Shown here in pieces: positions 37,065-48,089 of a stretch of 64,000 nt of DNA; the first letter of the stretch is position 1, and each line of letters starts with the position of its first letter. The translations under genes were made by a program, and so were the position numbers. Origin of the DNA: an uncultured bacterium (GTDB lineage Bacteria; Krumholzibacteriota; Krumholzibacteriia; JACNKJ01); NCBI GenBank assembly GCA_963695095.1, contig CAVOFT010000001.1, positions 3,328,001 to 3,392,000 on the forward strand, given 5' to 3'. Under the pieces are notes generated by a model. That model worked only from the letters and a program-made list of their open reading frames with translations, was not told where the DNA came from and ran no database searches.

Positions 37065-38597
37065 CTACGGCTCGGCCTCGAGCTGGGCCTGCAGCAGGTG
37101 CTTGCGAATCTTGCCCGAACTCGTGCGCGGCAGCTCCTCGAAGAAGCGCACGGCCTGGGGCAGCTTCCAGTGCGGTAGCCGGCGCTTCAGATGACCGAGC
37201 ACCGCGGCCGGGTCCAGCGCTGCGGCCGGCCCCGGCACCAGGCAGACGACCATCTTCTCGCCCAGCAAGTCGTCGCCGACGCCGACCACCGCGCAGGCGA
37301 GCACGCCCTCCAGCTCCTGGACGATGTCCTCGATCTCCTTGGGATTGATGCGGAAGGCGCCGCTCTTGATCATGTCCTTTTCCCGGCCGACCACCCAGAG
37401 GTAGCCCTCCTCGTCGACGCGGGCCAGGTCGCCGGTCCAGAGCCGGCCCTGCTCGTCGATCACCTTCGTCGTCTCGGCCGGATCGCCCCAGTAGCCGCGC
37501 ATGATGTTCTCGCCCGCGGCGACGATCTCACCCGTCTCGCCGGGCGGCAGGGGCCGGCCCTCCTTGTCCAGCACCGCCAGGGTCACGCCCGGGATGCCGC
37601 GCCCGATGGAGCCGGACTTGCGGTCGACGTCCGCCGGCGGCAAGTAGGAGAGGCGCGCAGTGCCCTCGGTCTGGCCGTACATCACGATGGGCTTGGCGGC
37701 CGGCAGCATGGCGCGCAGCCGCGCCAGACCCGCGGGCGGCAGCGCGCCGCCGGCGGTGGTGAAGTAGCGCAGGCTGGGCAGGCCCGTCTCGGGCAGTCGG
37801 CTGCGCTGCATGAGGATGTTGAAGGTCGAGGCCACGCCGGGCAAGCCGGTCACCTGCTCGCGCAGGGCGGTGTCGAGCACCGCGTTGGGAAAGCCGAAGC
37901 GGTTGTCGATGACGAGGCAGCCGCCCACGGCCACATGCGTGAGCAGCAGCGAGTGGCCGTAGGAGTAGTAGAAGGGCAGCAGCACGAGGACGCGCTCGGT
38001 CGCGTCGAGCGCGAGGTACTCGTTGATCGAGTCCGTGTTGGCGATCAGGTTGCGCTGGGTGAGGCAGACGCCTTTCGGCGCCCCCGTCGTGCCCGAGGTG
38101 TAGAGGATCATCGCCAGATCCGCCGGCCCCGGGCCGGTGAGCGCCGGTGCCTCGCCCTCGCTCGCATCCAGCAGGCCGACCTCGCCGGCGAGCTCGAGCT
38201 CGAGAGGCGCGTCCAGGAGCAGGCGCGGCGGCAGGAGGGCCGGATCCAGCCCCGCCGCGAAGCGGCGCAGGAACTTCTCCTGGGCGATCAGCAGCGCCGG
38301 CTCGCAGTCGGCCAGCACCTTGTTGATGTAGGATTCCTCGTTGACCGGATTGAGGGCCACGAGCACGGCGCCCAGGCGCATCACCGCGAAGTAGATCTGG
38401 ACGTAGGCCGGCGAGTTCTCCCAGAGCAGAGCCACGCGATCGCCTGACCGGATGCCCAGGCCGTCCAGGCGCGTGGCCAGGGCGCCCGCGCGCAAGGCGA
38501 GGGCCTCGTAGGTCCAGCGCTCCTCGCCCTGAACCACGGCTTCCCGCGCGCCGTGGGCGCGCCGGGTGGCTGCGAGGTACTCCCAGACGGCGTTCAT
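37065..38597 (-). CDS. AMP-forming acyl-CoA/ACP ligase, EPS-locus associated
   Basis: YTSGTTGAPKG, MYGQTEG, TGDL, GREKDMIK, PRTSSGKI. Confidence 0.93.
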   Translation of the reverse strand: MNAVWEYLAATRRAHGAREAVVQGEERWTYEALALRAGALATRLDGLGIRSGDRVALLWENSPAYVQIYFAVMRLGAVLVALNPVNEESYINKVLADCEPALLIAQEKFLRRFAAGLDPALLPPRLLLDAPLELELAGEVGLLDASEGEAPALTGPGPADLAMILYTSGTTGAPKGVCLTQRNLIANTDSINEYLALDATERVLVLLPFYYSYGHSLLLTHVAVGGCLVIDNRFGFPNAVLDTALREQVTGLPGVASTFNILMQRSRLPETGLPSLRYFTTAGGALPPAGLARLRAMLPAAKPIVMYGQTEGTARLSYLPPADVDRKSGSIGRGIPGVTLAVLDKEGRPLPPGETGEIVAAGENIMRGYWGDPAETTKVIDEQGRLWTGDLARVDEEGYLWVVGREKDMIKSGAFRINPKEIEDIVQELEGVLACAVVGVGDDLLGEKMVVCLVPGPAAALDPAAVLGHLKRRLPHWKLPQAVRFFEELPRTSSGKIRKHLLQAQLEAEP

Positions 38598-38607
38598 CCC
38601 GGGCCGG

Positions 38608-38853
38608 CTAGCCGAGCTTGCCCTGCACGAAGCCGGCGACCTTGGCGACGGAGTCGAAGTTGTCGGGCGTGAGCTCGCTGTCCTGCACGCTGATGCCCCA
38701 CTCCTCCTCCACGAACTCGAGCAGCTCCATGATGCCCGTCGAGTCGATGACCCGGGTTTCCATGAAGGAGTCGCTGTTCTTGAAGTTGGCGTCGTCCTTG
38801 CCCGCCAGGAAGTTCTCGACGATGAACTGGCGGATCGAAGTCTCCATGCTCAC
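38608..38853 (-). CDS. Acyl carrier protein
   Basis: Acidic 81 aa; IDSTGIMELL phosphopantetheine site; PDNFDS. Confidence 0.93.
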   Translation of the reverse strand: MSMETSIRQFIVENFLAGKDDANFKNSDSFMETRVIDSTGIMELLEFVEEEWGISVQDSELTPDNFDSVAKVAGFVQGKLG

Positions 38854-38856
38854 GGC

Positions 38857-40862
38857 TTACCTCGCAGGGGCCGCGGGGCTGCCCAGGGGCAGCGCCTCGC
38901 GGAAGCTCGCATCCGGCGTGCTCGCATCGGCCGGGCTGCTGTCGATGAATGTGTGCACAAGCAACTGCGTGGAGAGAATCCCCACCAGCAGCATGTTGTC
39001 CCGGAAACCGATCTGGCCTCCGCGCCGACGGTGCATCTTCGCGGCGAGGGCCGCCACCGCCTGGGGATCGAAGAGACCATACCGAGCAAGGCGCTCGCTC
39101 GCAAGCATCTCCCGCACCCAGTCCGGCGCGCCCTCGGCAAAGAAGCAGGGCGCGTCGGGGGCCATGTAGGGCTGCTTCGGCCGCTCGAGCACGGCCGGCG
39201 GCAGCACGCCGCGGGCGGCGCGCTTGAGCAGGTCCTTCTCGTGAAGGACCGGCAGGCGCAAGCGCCAGGGCAGGGAGGCGGCCAGCGCCGCCACGTCGCG
39301 GTCGAGGTAGGGGAAGCGGCCCTCGACGCTGTGGGCCATGGCCGGCCGATCGCCCTGGCTGCTGAGCAGGTAGCCTCCCAGCAGGGTCTCGCTCTCCAGG
39401 AGCTGGGCGCGGTCCAGCCAGTTCCAGCGGTCGAAGTCGGGCGGCAGCGCGTCCAGGTACTCCGCATCCCAGGCCGGCACGCGGGCCAGGAGGGCGGCCA
39501 GCTCCGGCTGCAGGTAGTTGTCCAGCACGCCCAGGGTGGTCTCCCAGCGCGGGCGGTGACTGAAGCCGCGGTCCGCCGGATCGTGGATCCAGCGGCCGTA
39601 GTACTGGTGCAGGTAGTCCGCGCGCCCGGCCCGCGCCAGCACGGGACTGGTCGGATACAGGCGCGTGAGCAGCAGCGGCCTGAGCCGGCTCTCCGGCCGC
39701 CGCGCCCACCAGTGGCGGATCTTGGCGTCCTTGAAGAGGTCGTAGCCGGCGAAGACCTCGTCGGCGCCCTCGCCGGTGAGGACCACCTTGACGCCCACCT
39801 CGCGCACCTTCTCCGCGAGCAGCATCAGCGGCGTCGGCGCCGTGCGCAGGACCGGCTTCTCGCTGTGGCGGATGAGCCGCGGGAAGGCCGCGGCAATGTC
39901 CGCACCGCTCACCTCGACGAAGTGGTGCTCGCTGCTCCAGCTGCTGCGACCATGAGATCCTGGTAGGGGCGCTCGTCGAAGACCTGGTCCGTGAAGCGGA
40001 TCGAGAAGGTGTGCATGCCCGGATTCTCGTCCTTGATGAGCGAGGCGAGCAGCGAGCTGTCGATGCCGCCGCTGACGTAGGCGCCGACGGGCACATCGGC
40101 GCGCAGGCGCAGGCTGGTGGCCTTGCGCAGGGCCTCGCGCAGGGCCTCGGCGGCCTCTTCGGGCCGCCGCGGCGCCGGCTCGCCGGCGCGGAAGGGGAAG
40201 CGCCACCAGCGCTCCTCGCGCCAGCTGCCGTCCTCCGCCAGGCGCGCCCAGTGGCCGGCCTTCAGTTCGCGGATGCCCGCGAAGGCCGTCCGGCCCGGCA
40301 GGGGCGTCCAGTAGCGGAACAGCTGCAGCAGCGCTTCGCGGTCGATCTCGCGCGGCACCTCGGGATGCGCGAAGAGCGCCTTGACCTCAGAGGCGAAGGC
40401 GAAGACGCCGTCGCCTTGCCAGAAGTGCAGGGGCCGGATGCCGAAGCGGTCGCGGGCCAGCAGGAGCGAGCGATCGCGGGCGTCCCAGAGGGCGAGCGCG
40501 AACTGTCCGTTGAGGCGGGGCAGGGCATCGGGCCCGGCCAGCATCAGCATGCGCAGCAGCACTTCCGTGTCGCTGGTGGTGTGGAAGCGATGGCCGGCGG
40601 CCTCGAGTTCGGCCCGCAGCTCGATGTAGTTGAAGATCTCGCCGTTGAAGACGAGCCAGTAGCGCCCCGAGGGGTCGGCCATCGGCTGGTCGCCGCTCGA
40701 CAGATCGATGATGGCCAGACGGCTGTGGCCCAGGGCCGCCATGCCCTCAACGCGCACGCCGAAGCCGTCCGGCCCGCGGTGGCCCAGCGTCGCCGTCATC
40801 CGGCGCAGGAGGGCGGGATCCGGCGCGCGGCGCCGGTCGATGAAGCCCGCGATACCGCACAT
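38857..40862 (-). CDS. asnB: Asparagine synthase (glutamine-hydrolysing)-like amidotransferase; frame broken near 39935-39950
   Basis: MCGIAG, HRGPD, RLAIID, FNGEIFN, RDRFGIRPL, SGGIDSS in one frame; GEGADEVFAGY, EGRFPYLD in another. Removing two single bases gives MVQQLGSEHH. Confidence 0.9.
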
Positions 40863-41818
40863 CAGGAAGCGCCTCCCGGGCCGGGGTCGCGCTCCTCGAG
40901 CCGGGCGAGGATGTCCCGGTACAGGAGCAGCTCCAGTTCGTCGCGGCGCTCGGCCATGCGGGCCAGCAGCGCTTCGAAGCCATCGAGCTGAGGCAGATCC
41001 CAGGGATCGAGGTAGATGTTCACGTAGTTGCCGTGGGCGATGGCCGCCTCGGCCGTCTCCCAGAGCAGGTCGCAGAACTCCCGCGCCGTGTTGTGGCTCC
41101 ACTTGTAGAAGGGATGGCCCACGTGCAGGCTGTGCCAGGTGTCGAGCACGGTGAGCGGGTGCTTGGGGCAGGTGGTGAGGGGGAACTCCCAGATGCCCTC
41201 GGGGCCGAGGAAGGGCCGGCCGCCGCCCAGCGAGCCCGTCATCAGGGTCGAGGAGTCGAAGCGATAGCCCAGCTCGGCGAGGATGCCGTAGATCTCCGGC
41301 GTGAACAGGTCCTTGAAGTGCGGGATGCGGCAGCCCTCGCAGTCCACGCCCATCACCTTGCGGATGACCTCGTGGGCGCGCGCGACCTCGTCCTTCTTCT
41401 CTTCGCGGCTGATCAGGCGGAACTTGCGGCCCGGGTTGATCTCCTCGTTATCCGGATGGCTGTAGGTGTGGTTGATGATCTCGTGGCCGTCCTCGAGCAG
41501 GGCCTTGTGCAGGTCGGGATAGCGCTCCACCCACATGCCCACCACGGCGAAGGAAGCCGGGATGCGATGGCGCTTGAGCATCTCGATCACGAAGGGATAG
41601 GTCTCGACATCCTTGCTGTAGTCGCAGTCGAAGCTGAGCGTGAGGGCGCCGCGCCCGCGCAGCCAGCCCAGCGGAGTCGCCTCGGTCAGGCGCATGAAGG
41701 AGGCGAAGAGCCGCCGCGGCGCCAGCAGCGTGGTGGCCGCCATCAGGGGGCGCGACTCGTGGTGGCTGACCACGAAGCGCTGGAGCCGACTGAGCGACGG
41801 CATGTCCTTGGGTGTCAT
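40862..41818 (-). CDS. Polysaccharide deacetylase (CE4/NodB-like)
   Basis: LTLSFDCD, ASFAVVG, GHEIINHTYSH, RIP, YRFDSS. Confidence 0.9.
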   Translation of the reverse strand: MTPKDMPSLSRLQRFVVSHHESRPLMAATTLLAPRRLFASFMRLTEATPLGWLRGRGALTLSFDCDYSKDVETYPFVIEMLKRHRIPASFAVVGMWVERYPDLHKALLEDGHEIINHTYSHPDNEEINPGRKFRLISREEKKDEVARAHEVIRKVMGVDCEGCRIPHFKDLFTPEIYGILAELGYRFDSSTLMTGSLGGGRPFLGPEGIWEFPLTTCPKHPLTVLDTWHSLHVGHPFYKWSHNTAREFCDLLWETAEAAIAHGNYVNIYLDPWDLPQLDGFEALLARMAERRDELELLLYRDILARLEERDPGPGGAS

Positions 41819-41831
41819 CGGGCTTCCTCGT

Positions 41832-43376
41832 TCATGCTCGGCGCTCCCCGCCGCGGCGGATGGTGGCGCGCAGGGGAGCGCCGGCGGCGAGCGGCAGGCG
41901 CCAGCGCCGGCTCTGCCCGTCGCCCGGCGCTGGCTCCCCGACCCCGGTCAATTGCAGGTTCCCTGCCAGCTCCAGCTCCAGATCGCCGTCGCCGGCGGCC
42001 TCCAGAGTCCAGGCGCCCTCCGCTTCGCCGGCCAGCGCCAGGCTGGCCAGCGGCCCGCGCAGCGCGCGCAGGCCGCCCGTGCGAAAGGCCAGTTCCAGGT
42101 CCGCGCCGGGCTCCGGCACATGCAGGGCCAGGGCGGGTAGCGCGTCGCCCGTCGCCGGCGCGAAGCGCTCGGCGCGGTAGCGACGGTTGCAGCGGATGGC
42201 GCGGGTCAAGTAGGGAGGGATCTCGTAGTCGCGGAACTCCCCCGCGTTCCCGCCGGCGCCGTCCTCCGCGGCGCGCGCGATGTTGACCATCTCGCGCGCG
42301 TTGACGAAGTGCAAGCGCCAGCGCTCGCCGTCGTTGAACTCCCGGCAGAGCGTCTCGAACATGCGGGCCGCTCCCTCGCCAAGCAGCGCATCGCGGTGGC
42401 GCTCCGGCGCCCCGTGCGTGTGCACCTTGACGAAGATCCACTCCGGTCGGTCGGCCACGTGGATGCCCGTGTTCACCCAGCTGCGCACCCGCGCCGGCGT
42501 GCCCGGTCCCTCGCCGGTGACGTCCGCGTCCTCCACGCTGAAGAAGGGGAAGCGACGGCGCGGTCTGAGCCCGATGGGGCCCGTGATCATCGCGAACTCG
42601 CTCGGCGCGGGCCGGCGGCCGGCGCGCATCAGCGGACCGTCGTCGTAGCTCTTGGGCGCCGCCGGGTCGTCGATGGCGCGGTACAGGGCATTCACGCGCC
42701 GCGGCTGGGCGGCGTAGAGGCTGGGGAAGGTGAAGTCCCCGTAGCAGCCGGTCTCGCGCAGGATCGTCAGCTCGTCGTTGACGCCGCAGTACTCGGGGCG
42801 GCTGTTGTCCAGGGCCCAGTTGCCGTGGATGAAGCCGTAGGCGCGCCGCACGGGATCGCCCTGGCACTGGAAGACGCCGTAGTCGGCGTAGCGCTCCAGG
42901 GTCTCCTCGAGCAGGCTGCGCAGGCTGACGCTGGTGTCGTGGTCGTGGTGCAGGTGCAGTTCCGTCTCGCCGACGCCCTGCCAGTCCATGGCGGCGAGGC
43001 CGAGCAGGTACTCCTCGCGGAAGTAGTGCGGCGGAAAGAAGAAACCGTGCTGGGGATGCCGGCCCTCGGCGTCGGCGAAGCGGCGGGCGAGGGGCGGATA
43101 GAGCTCCGTCCAGGCGGCGAAGCGCTCGCGGGCGCGCTCCAGGGACGCGCCCTTGGTGCCGGGCTCGAAGTGGTCGACGAAGCAGAAGAGCAGATCGCGC
43201 GGGGTCCCCGCGGGCACCGCCGGCGGGCGGCCGCCCAGCTCGAGGCGACGGGCGAGCCAGGGCTCCAGCCAGAGGTCGAAGCGCAGCAGGGCCGCGCGCT
43301 GCGGCGCCAGGAGACCGAAGAGCCCCGCCCCCAGGCGAGCGGCTCCCAGCTGCGGCGCGTGCAGGAGGCGGCTCAC
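41832..43376 (-). CDS. Uncharacterised EPS-locus protein with His/Asp-rich putative metal site
   Basis: GTG start overlaps the upstream stop (GTGA); FVDHFEP, ELHLHHDHD, FIHGNWALDNS, FVKVHTHG. Confidence 0.75.
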   Translation of the reverse strand: MSRLLHAPQLGAARLGAGLFGLLAPQRAALLRFDLWLEPWLARRLELGGRPPAVPAGTPRDLLFCFVDHFEPGTKGASLERARERFAAWTELYPPLARRFADAEGRHPQHGFFFPPHYFREEYLLGLAAMDWQGVGETELHLHHDHDTSVSLRSLLEETLERYADYGVFQCQGDPVRRAYGFIHGNWALDNSRPEYCGVNDELTILRETGCYGDFTFPSLYAAQPRRVNALYRAIDDPAAPKSYDDGPLMRAGRRPAPSEFAMITGPIGLRPRRRFPFFSVEDADVTGEGPGTPARVRSWVNTGIHVADRPEWIFVKVHTHGAPERHRDALLGEGAARMFETLCREFNDGERWRLHFVNAREMVNIARAAEDGAGGNAGEFRDYEIPPYLTRAIRCNRRYRAERFAPATGDALPALALHVPEPGADLELAFRTGGLRALRGPLASLALAGEAEGAWTLEAAGDGDLELELAGNLQLTGVGEPAPGDGQSRRWRLPLAAGAPLRATIRRGGERRA

Positions 43377-44587
43377 GCGCGCCGCCCGTCGCCGGACGCC
43401 GCCGCCAGCGCCGCCTCGACGCGGCGCCAGTTCTCCTGCCAGGTGTGCCGCTCGCCCACGCGCCGCCGCCCCGCCGCGCCCAGGCGCGCGCGCAGGGAGG
43501 CATCGGCCAGCAGGGCGGCCAGCCCGGCCTCGAGGGGCGCCACGGAATCGGCAGCCGCGCGCGCGTCCGCCACGGGAAAGAGCCGACCCTCGACGTCGTC
43601 GTCGATGGCATCGCGCAGGGGCGGCAGCGCGGGCGCCAGCACCGGCCGACCCAGGCTCATGTACTCGAAGACCTTCATCGGCGAGCCGTAGTCGTTGGAA
43701 TCCGGCATGACGCAGATGTCCATCGCCGCGATCCAGGCGGGCAGTTCCCCGTGCGGCAGCGCGCCGGTGAGCAGCGTGCGCTCGGCCAACCCCGCGGCGG
43801 CCACGGCGGCCTCGATGCGCGGCCGCTCGGGACCGTCCCCCACGAGCAGCAGCCCGCCGGGCAGGCCGGCGGCCCGACAGCGCCGCAGGGCCTCGACGAG
43901 GCGATCCACGCCGTGCCAGGGATAGAAGCCGCCCACGAAGCCCACCACGGGCTCCCCGCGCAGCCGCTCCGGCAGGGTCGCGGGCCGCTGCGCAGCCGCC
44001 GCCTCCCACCAGCGGCGGTCCACCGCGTTCGGCATCAGCAGGATGCGCTCCGCGGGCACGCCCTGGGCGGCCACGCGCTCGACGAGACGGCTCGAGACGG
44101 CCGCCAGCAGCGCGGCGCGACGAAAGAGCGACCCCTCGCTGCGCCGCGCGGCGCCGGCCAGCAGCCGGCTTCGCTTGCGCACGAGCGGATCCGCGACCGT
44201 GTAGTTGATCTCGAGCACATGGGCCAGGCTCAGGCGAGCGGCCAGCCGGCCACCCGCGCTGCCGAAGAAGGCATAGCGCTCGTAGATCAGCTCGGGCCGG
44301 AAGTCCGCGGCCAGGGCAGCCAGGCGGCCGGCCAGGCGGAGGTCGTAGGCCTGCTCGGCCAGCTCGAAGAGCAGCTCCGGGGCCCGGCGCGCGAAGCGCG
44401 CGGCCAGGGAGGGCCGCCCGGCGGGCCCCGGGGCCGCGTAGGGATCGGCGCCCGGCGGGCCGAGCAGTTCCACCCGATGGCCGGCATCCCGCATGGCGTC
44501 CACCATGCCCCGCAGGTGGACGGCCTCCACACCGTGGCCCTGCGTGCGGTGCAGGACCAGGATCCGCTTGCCGGCGCTCAGGCTCAT
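43373..44587 (-). CDS. Glycosyltransferase family 4
   Basis: IYERYAFF, PNAVD, VGFVGGFYPWHG, VGDGPE, SPMKVFEYM. Confidence 0.93.
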   Translation of the reverse strand: MSLSAGKRILVLHRTQGHGVEAVHLRGMVDAMRDAGHRVELLGPPGADPYAAPGPAGRPSLAARFARRAPELLFELAEQAYDLRLAGRLAALAADFRPELIYERYAFFGSAGGRLAARLSLAHVLEINYTVADPLVRKRSRLLAGAARRSEGSLFRRAALLAAVSSRLVERVAAQGVPAERILLMPNAVDRRWWEAAAAQRPATLPERLRGEPVVGFVGGFYPWHGVDRLVEALRRCRAAGLPGGLLLVGDGPERPRIEAAVAAAGLAERTLLTGALPHGELPAWIAAMDICVMPDSNDYGSPMKVFEYMSLGRPVLAPALPPLRDAIDDDVEGRLFPVADARAAADSVAPLEAGLAALLADASLRARLGAAGRRRVGERHTWQENWRRVEAALAAASGDGRRA

Positions 44588-45801
44588 GATCTGGCGCGCC
44601 CCCGCTTCCGCTCGGCGCGCATGGCGGCGATGAGCGCGTGCATTTCGTCGGCCACATCGTCCCAGCGCCGGCGGCCGGCAGTGCCCGCCGCCGGATCGAA
44701 ATCGAAGCCCTCGACCATGCGCAGCATGGCATCGGTGAGCGGCCAGGCCTCGCCCGGCGGCACCAGGATGCCCGTGGCGCCGTCGACGACGATCTCGGGG
44801 ATGCCGCCCACCCGCGAGGCGATCACCGGCCGCTCGGCGGCGAGGGCCTCGACGAGCACGTTGGGATAGCCCTCCATCGTGCTGGGCAGCACGAGGCAGT
44901 CGCAGGCGCCTACCCAGCGCGGGATCTCGGCGTGAGGCACGGGCGGCAGGAGGCTCACCTGCGCGCTCATGCCGAAGCGCTCGATGCGGTTCCTCAGCTC
45001 CGTCTCCAGCTCGCCCTCGCCGATGAAGACCAGTCGCGAGCGGCGGCGCTGCTCCTCGGGCAGGGCGCGAAAGGCCTGGAGCAGAGTGGTGACGCCCTTG
45101 ATCTCCCGCAGGGTGCCGACGAACAGGAAGAGGAAGGGCGCTTCGGGCAGCTTCAGCTCGCGGCGGCAGGCCGCGCGGTCGCGGGGCGCAAAGCGCTCCA
45201 CGTTGACGCCGTTGGGCATCACGGTCACTTCTTCCGGAGGCAGACCGAGCTCGACCATGCGCTCCTTGAGGGCGGCGCTGACGGCCACCACGCGATCGGC
45301 GCCGCGCAGGGTGCCCAGGGTCAGGCGCCGGCGCAGGTAGCTCTCGGTGAACAGATTCACGTCGGAACCCCGCACCTTGACGAGCAGCGGCAGCCGGTAG
45401 CGCCGGGCCAGGCGCAGGGCAGCGTAGCCGTCCGGGAACGCGTAGTGGGCGATGAGGAAATCCACCGGCCGCGCGGCATGGAGGCGCGCGAAGAGCCTGC
45501 TCAGCCCCCAGTACACGTAGTCGCCATAGCAGAAGCGGAGCACGCGCGGAGTGACGAGGTGTCGCGGGTGGTGCACCTCGAGGCCCTCGATGCGCTCCTC
45601 GGCAGGCGCGGCGTGGTAGGCGTAGCGGCCATTGCTGCGCAGGAAGGGCGGCACCCAGGGCAGGGGCGCCAGCACGCGCAGGTCGTAGCCGTGGCGCTCG
45701 CTCAGGCGCTGCGTCTCCTGCCAGACGAACATGCCTCGCGTCGGCTCCGCCGCGCTCGGGAAGAGATTGGTGATGACGATGCCCCGTTGCTGGCTCTCCA
45801 T
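44584..45801 (-). CDS. Glycosyltransferase family 4 (TuaC-like)
   Basis: TNLFP...RGMFV, AHYAFPDG, RGSDVN, PNGV, EGYPNVLVEALA, SRVGGIPE. Confidence 0.93.
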   Translation of the reverse strand: MESQQRGIVITNLFPSAAEPTRGMFVWQETQRLSERHGYDLRVLAPLPWVPPFLRSNGRYAYHAAPAEERIEGLEVHHPRHLVTPRVLRFCYGDYVYWGLSRLFARLHAARPVDFLIAHYAFPDGYAALRLARRYRLPLLVKVRGSDVNLFTESYLRRRLTLGTLRGADRVVAVSAALKERMVELGLPPEEVTVMPNGVNVERFAPRDRAACRRELKLPEAPFLFLFVGTLREIKGVTTLLQAFRALPEEQRRRSRLVFIGEGELETELRNRIERFGMSAQVSLLPPVPHAEIPRWVGACDCLVLPSTMEGYPNVLVEALAAERPVIASRVGGIPEIVVDGATGILVPPGEAWPLTDAMLRMVEGFDFDPAAGTAGRRRWDDVADEMHALIAAMRAERKRGRARS

Positions 45802-45847
45802 GATCCTCGTTTTCTTGACCTGGTCCGCGCCCCGTCGCCCGGCGCCT

Positions 45848-48089
45848 CTAGATCGCCGCCGGTAGCGCTACGGCGCCGAGGGCGATCCGCTGGGCAGCGG
45901 AACCTTGGCGCTGGATCTCCAGCTCGAGACCGCCCGCGGCGTCCAGGCCCAGACGGCTGGCCAGCGGGCCGCCGGCCGGGTCGGCCAGCAGGCTGAGACA
46001 GAAGCCGGTGGCCGGCCCCTGGCCGGCCAGCCGCCACTGGGGAGCGGGCAGGCGCTCCCCGTAGGCCGGCGATACCCAGCCCGCGGGTGCTTCCTCATCC
46101 CCTATCCGCAGGGCGCTGTCAAGGCCCGCCGGCAGGAAGCTCTGGATCCAGAGTCGCGCCCGCGCGCCCTCCGCCAGGGCCAGGCGCTGGACGGACAGGC
46201 CGGGCAGGGCGCTTTCGGCCGCCGGGCCAGGATCGCTCAGGGGGGCCAGCCCCGGCGCCGCCTGCCAGAGGAGTTCCAGCTCCAGCGGAGCCTGGGCGAT
46301 CCAGCCGTCCAGCACGACGAGCAGATCCGCCGCCAGCAGGGCGACGCGGCGGCTAACGGCCACCGGGCGGCCCTGGGCATCCCGATCGCCCTCGCGGCGG
46401 GCCGTCCAGTCCAGGAGGGCGCCGGGCCAGGGCGTCGGACTCTCCTCCAGGGTCGCCGCGCAGCGCCGCGCCCAGCCGAAGCGGTCCGGCGCGGGCAGGG
46501 GCGCGGCCGGGTCGCGCCCCCCCACGCGGAGCAGGTTGTGGGCGGCAGCGCCGCGGAAGTGATCGCGCCAGCGCTGGGGGCCGTTGTAGAGGTAGGTGCC
46601 GGCCTCGACGAGCAGGGGCCGGCCGCCGAAGGCGAGGCAGAGGGAGAGGGCGTCGGCGTGGCTGTGGCCCGCTCCGCCCCTGCCCATGGGTCCGGCCTTC
46701 AGCACGAGCTGGCCGCCGGGCAGCCCCGCGGGGCCGGCGGGCTCGCCCCAGCGCGCGCTGTGCCAGCCCGCGGTGGGGAAGCGCAGCAGGGAGAGGGAGT
46801 GCTCCTCGCTGCCGTTGGCGGCCGCGCCGCTGGAACGCCCGCGGCCGGCGGCGGATCCCGCCGCGAGGGCCGGCCCCGCCAGCCAGAGCGCCTCGCCGGC
46901 GAGGGGTAGACTGCGCGCCAGCGGGGCCACCTCCGGCCCCAGGGCCTCGGTGCCGATCAGGCGCCCCGCCAGGGCGAGCAGCCCGCGGGCATCCCGGCGG
47001 GGGCTCTCCTCGAGGCGCAGGACGCGGCCGGCATCGTCGTCGCCCAGCGAGACGAGGAGGCCGTCCGGCCCGGTCAGCGCGGCCAGGGGTCGAAGCATCG
47101 CGGCCAGGGGCGGCAGCCAATCCTCCGCCGCCGGATCCCCGCCCGCCCGGCCCCAGAGCAGGCACTGGAGCAGGAAGTCGAGCACGAAGCGGTGGTACTC
47201 GACGGCCTGCTCGGCGAGCACGCCGTCGCTCAGAAGCTGCAGGGGCAGCTCGCGGATGAGGATGGCCCTGCCGCGCGCGCTCCAGTCCGCGGACTCGGGA
47301 AAGATGGGCAGGGCGGCGCCCAGGCAGTAGAGGGCAGCCGCCTCGCCGAGCAGGTGGTTGTTGGCGATGGCCTTCTCGGACAGGTGCGCGGCGGTGAAGC
47401 GTCCATTCTCGCGCAGCGCCGCGGCGAGCAGCAGGGTGGCCGGATCGCTCAGGGCCGCCGGCGGCAGGAGCTGCCAGGTCCACAGGAGCGAGAAGATGCG
47501 CAGTCCGCTCTCCAGCCCGGCGATCCAGTGCGGCCCCCAGCCCAGGGGATTCGCGGCGCGGAAGTCGGCGGCAAGCTCGAGGGCAGCCTCGCCGTAGCGC
47601 GCAGCGCCGCGCGGGTCGGCGGGCGATGCCAGGCGCGCGGCGGCCGCCAGGAGGGGCAGACTCTGCAGGCGCCCCAGTTCCCAGAGGCCGCGCACGTCGC
47701 CGTGGGCGATGAAGTCCCTCGGCTCGTAGGCCGCGGCCGGGAGCAGGGGCCAGCGCTCGCCGTCGGGCACCTGCAGCCAGTCCAGCGGCAGGGCGGCATC
47801 CAGGCTGCGGTCGAAGTAGGGCAGACGGCCGGCCAGGATGCCGGCGGCCAGGTCGAGCAGGCCGCGGTCGGCGGCGGGCGAAGCCGCCAGGGCGGCCAGA
47901 GCGCCCTCATCGTGAAGGGGGCGAAAGGCCTCGCGCAGGCGGGCGGCATCCGGCCGGCCCTTGCGCAGGTAGGCGGGCAGGAGGGCGCCGCCGGCGAGGG
48001 CCGCCGCCGGCGAGGGCACATCGGGCCGGCGCGCCAGGCGCCCCTGCAGGCGGCGGGCGGCGCGGCGCAGGCGGCCGATCTCCGCGCAT
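45848..48089 (-). CDS. Heparinase II/III-like protein; probable 1-nt insertion at ~48082
   Basis: DVRGLWELGR, NNHLLGE, EQAVEYH, GDDD, GHSHADALS, GTYLY, AHN. ATG 48089 overlaps the wecB stop and joins the frame (MREIGRLRR) if one G is removed. Confidence 0.88.

Noticed and set aside
38857..40862. asnB, the heparinase-like gene and the giant surface genes as pseudogenes
   Set aside because: Motifs are intact on both sides of each break and there are no nonsense codons; the pattern fits sequencing insertions.
43377..44732. N-terminal half of the 966-aa ORF as a fusion
   Set aside because: It overlaps a GT4 gene out of frame; a GTGA start/stop overlap at 43373-43376 gives the real start.
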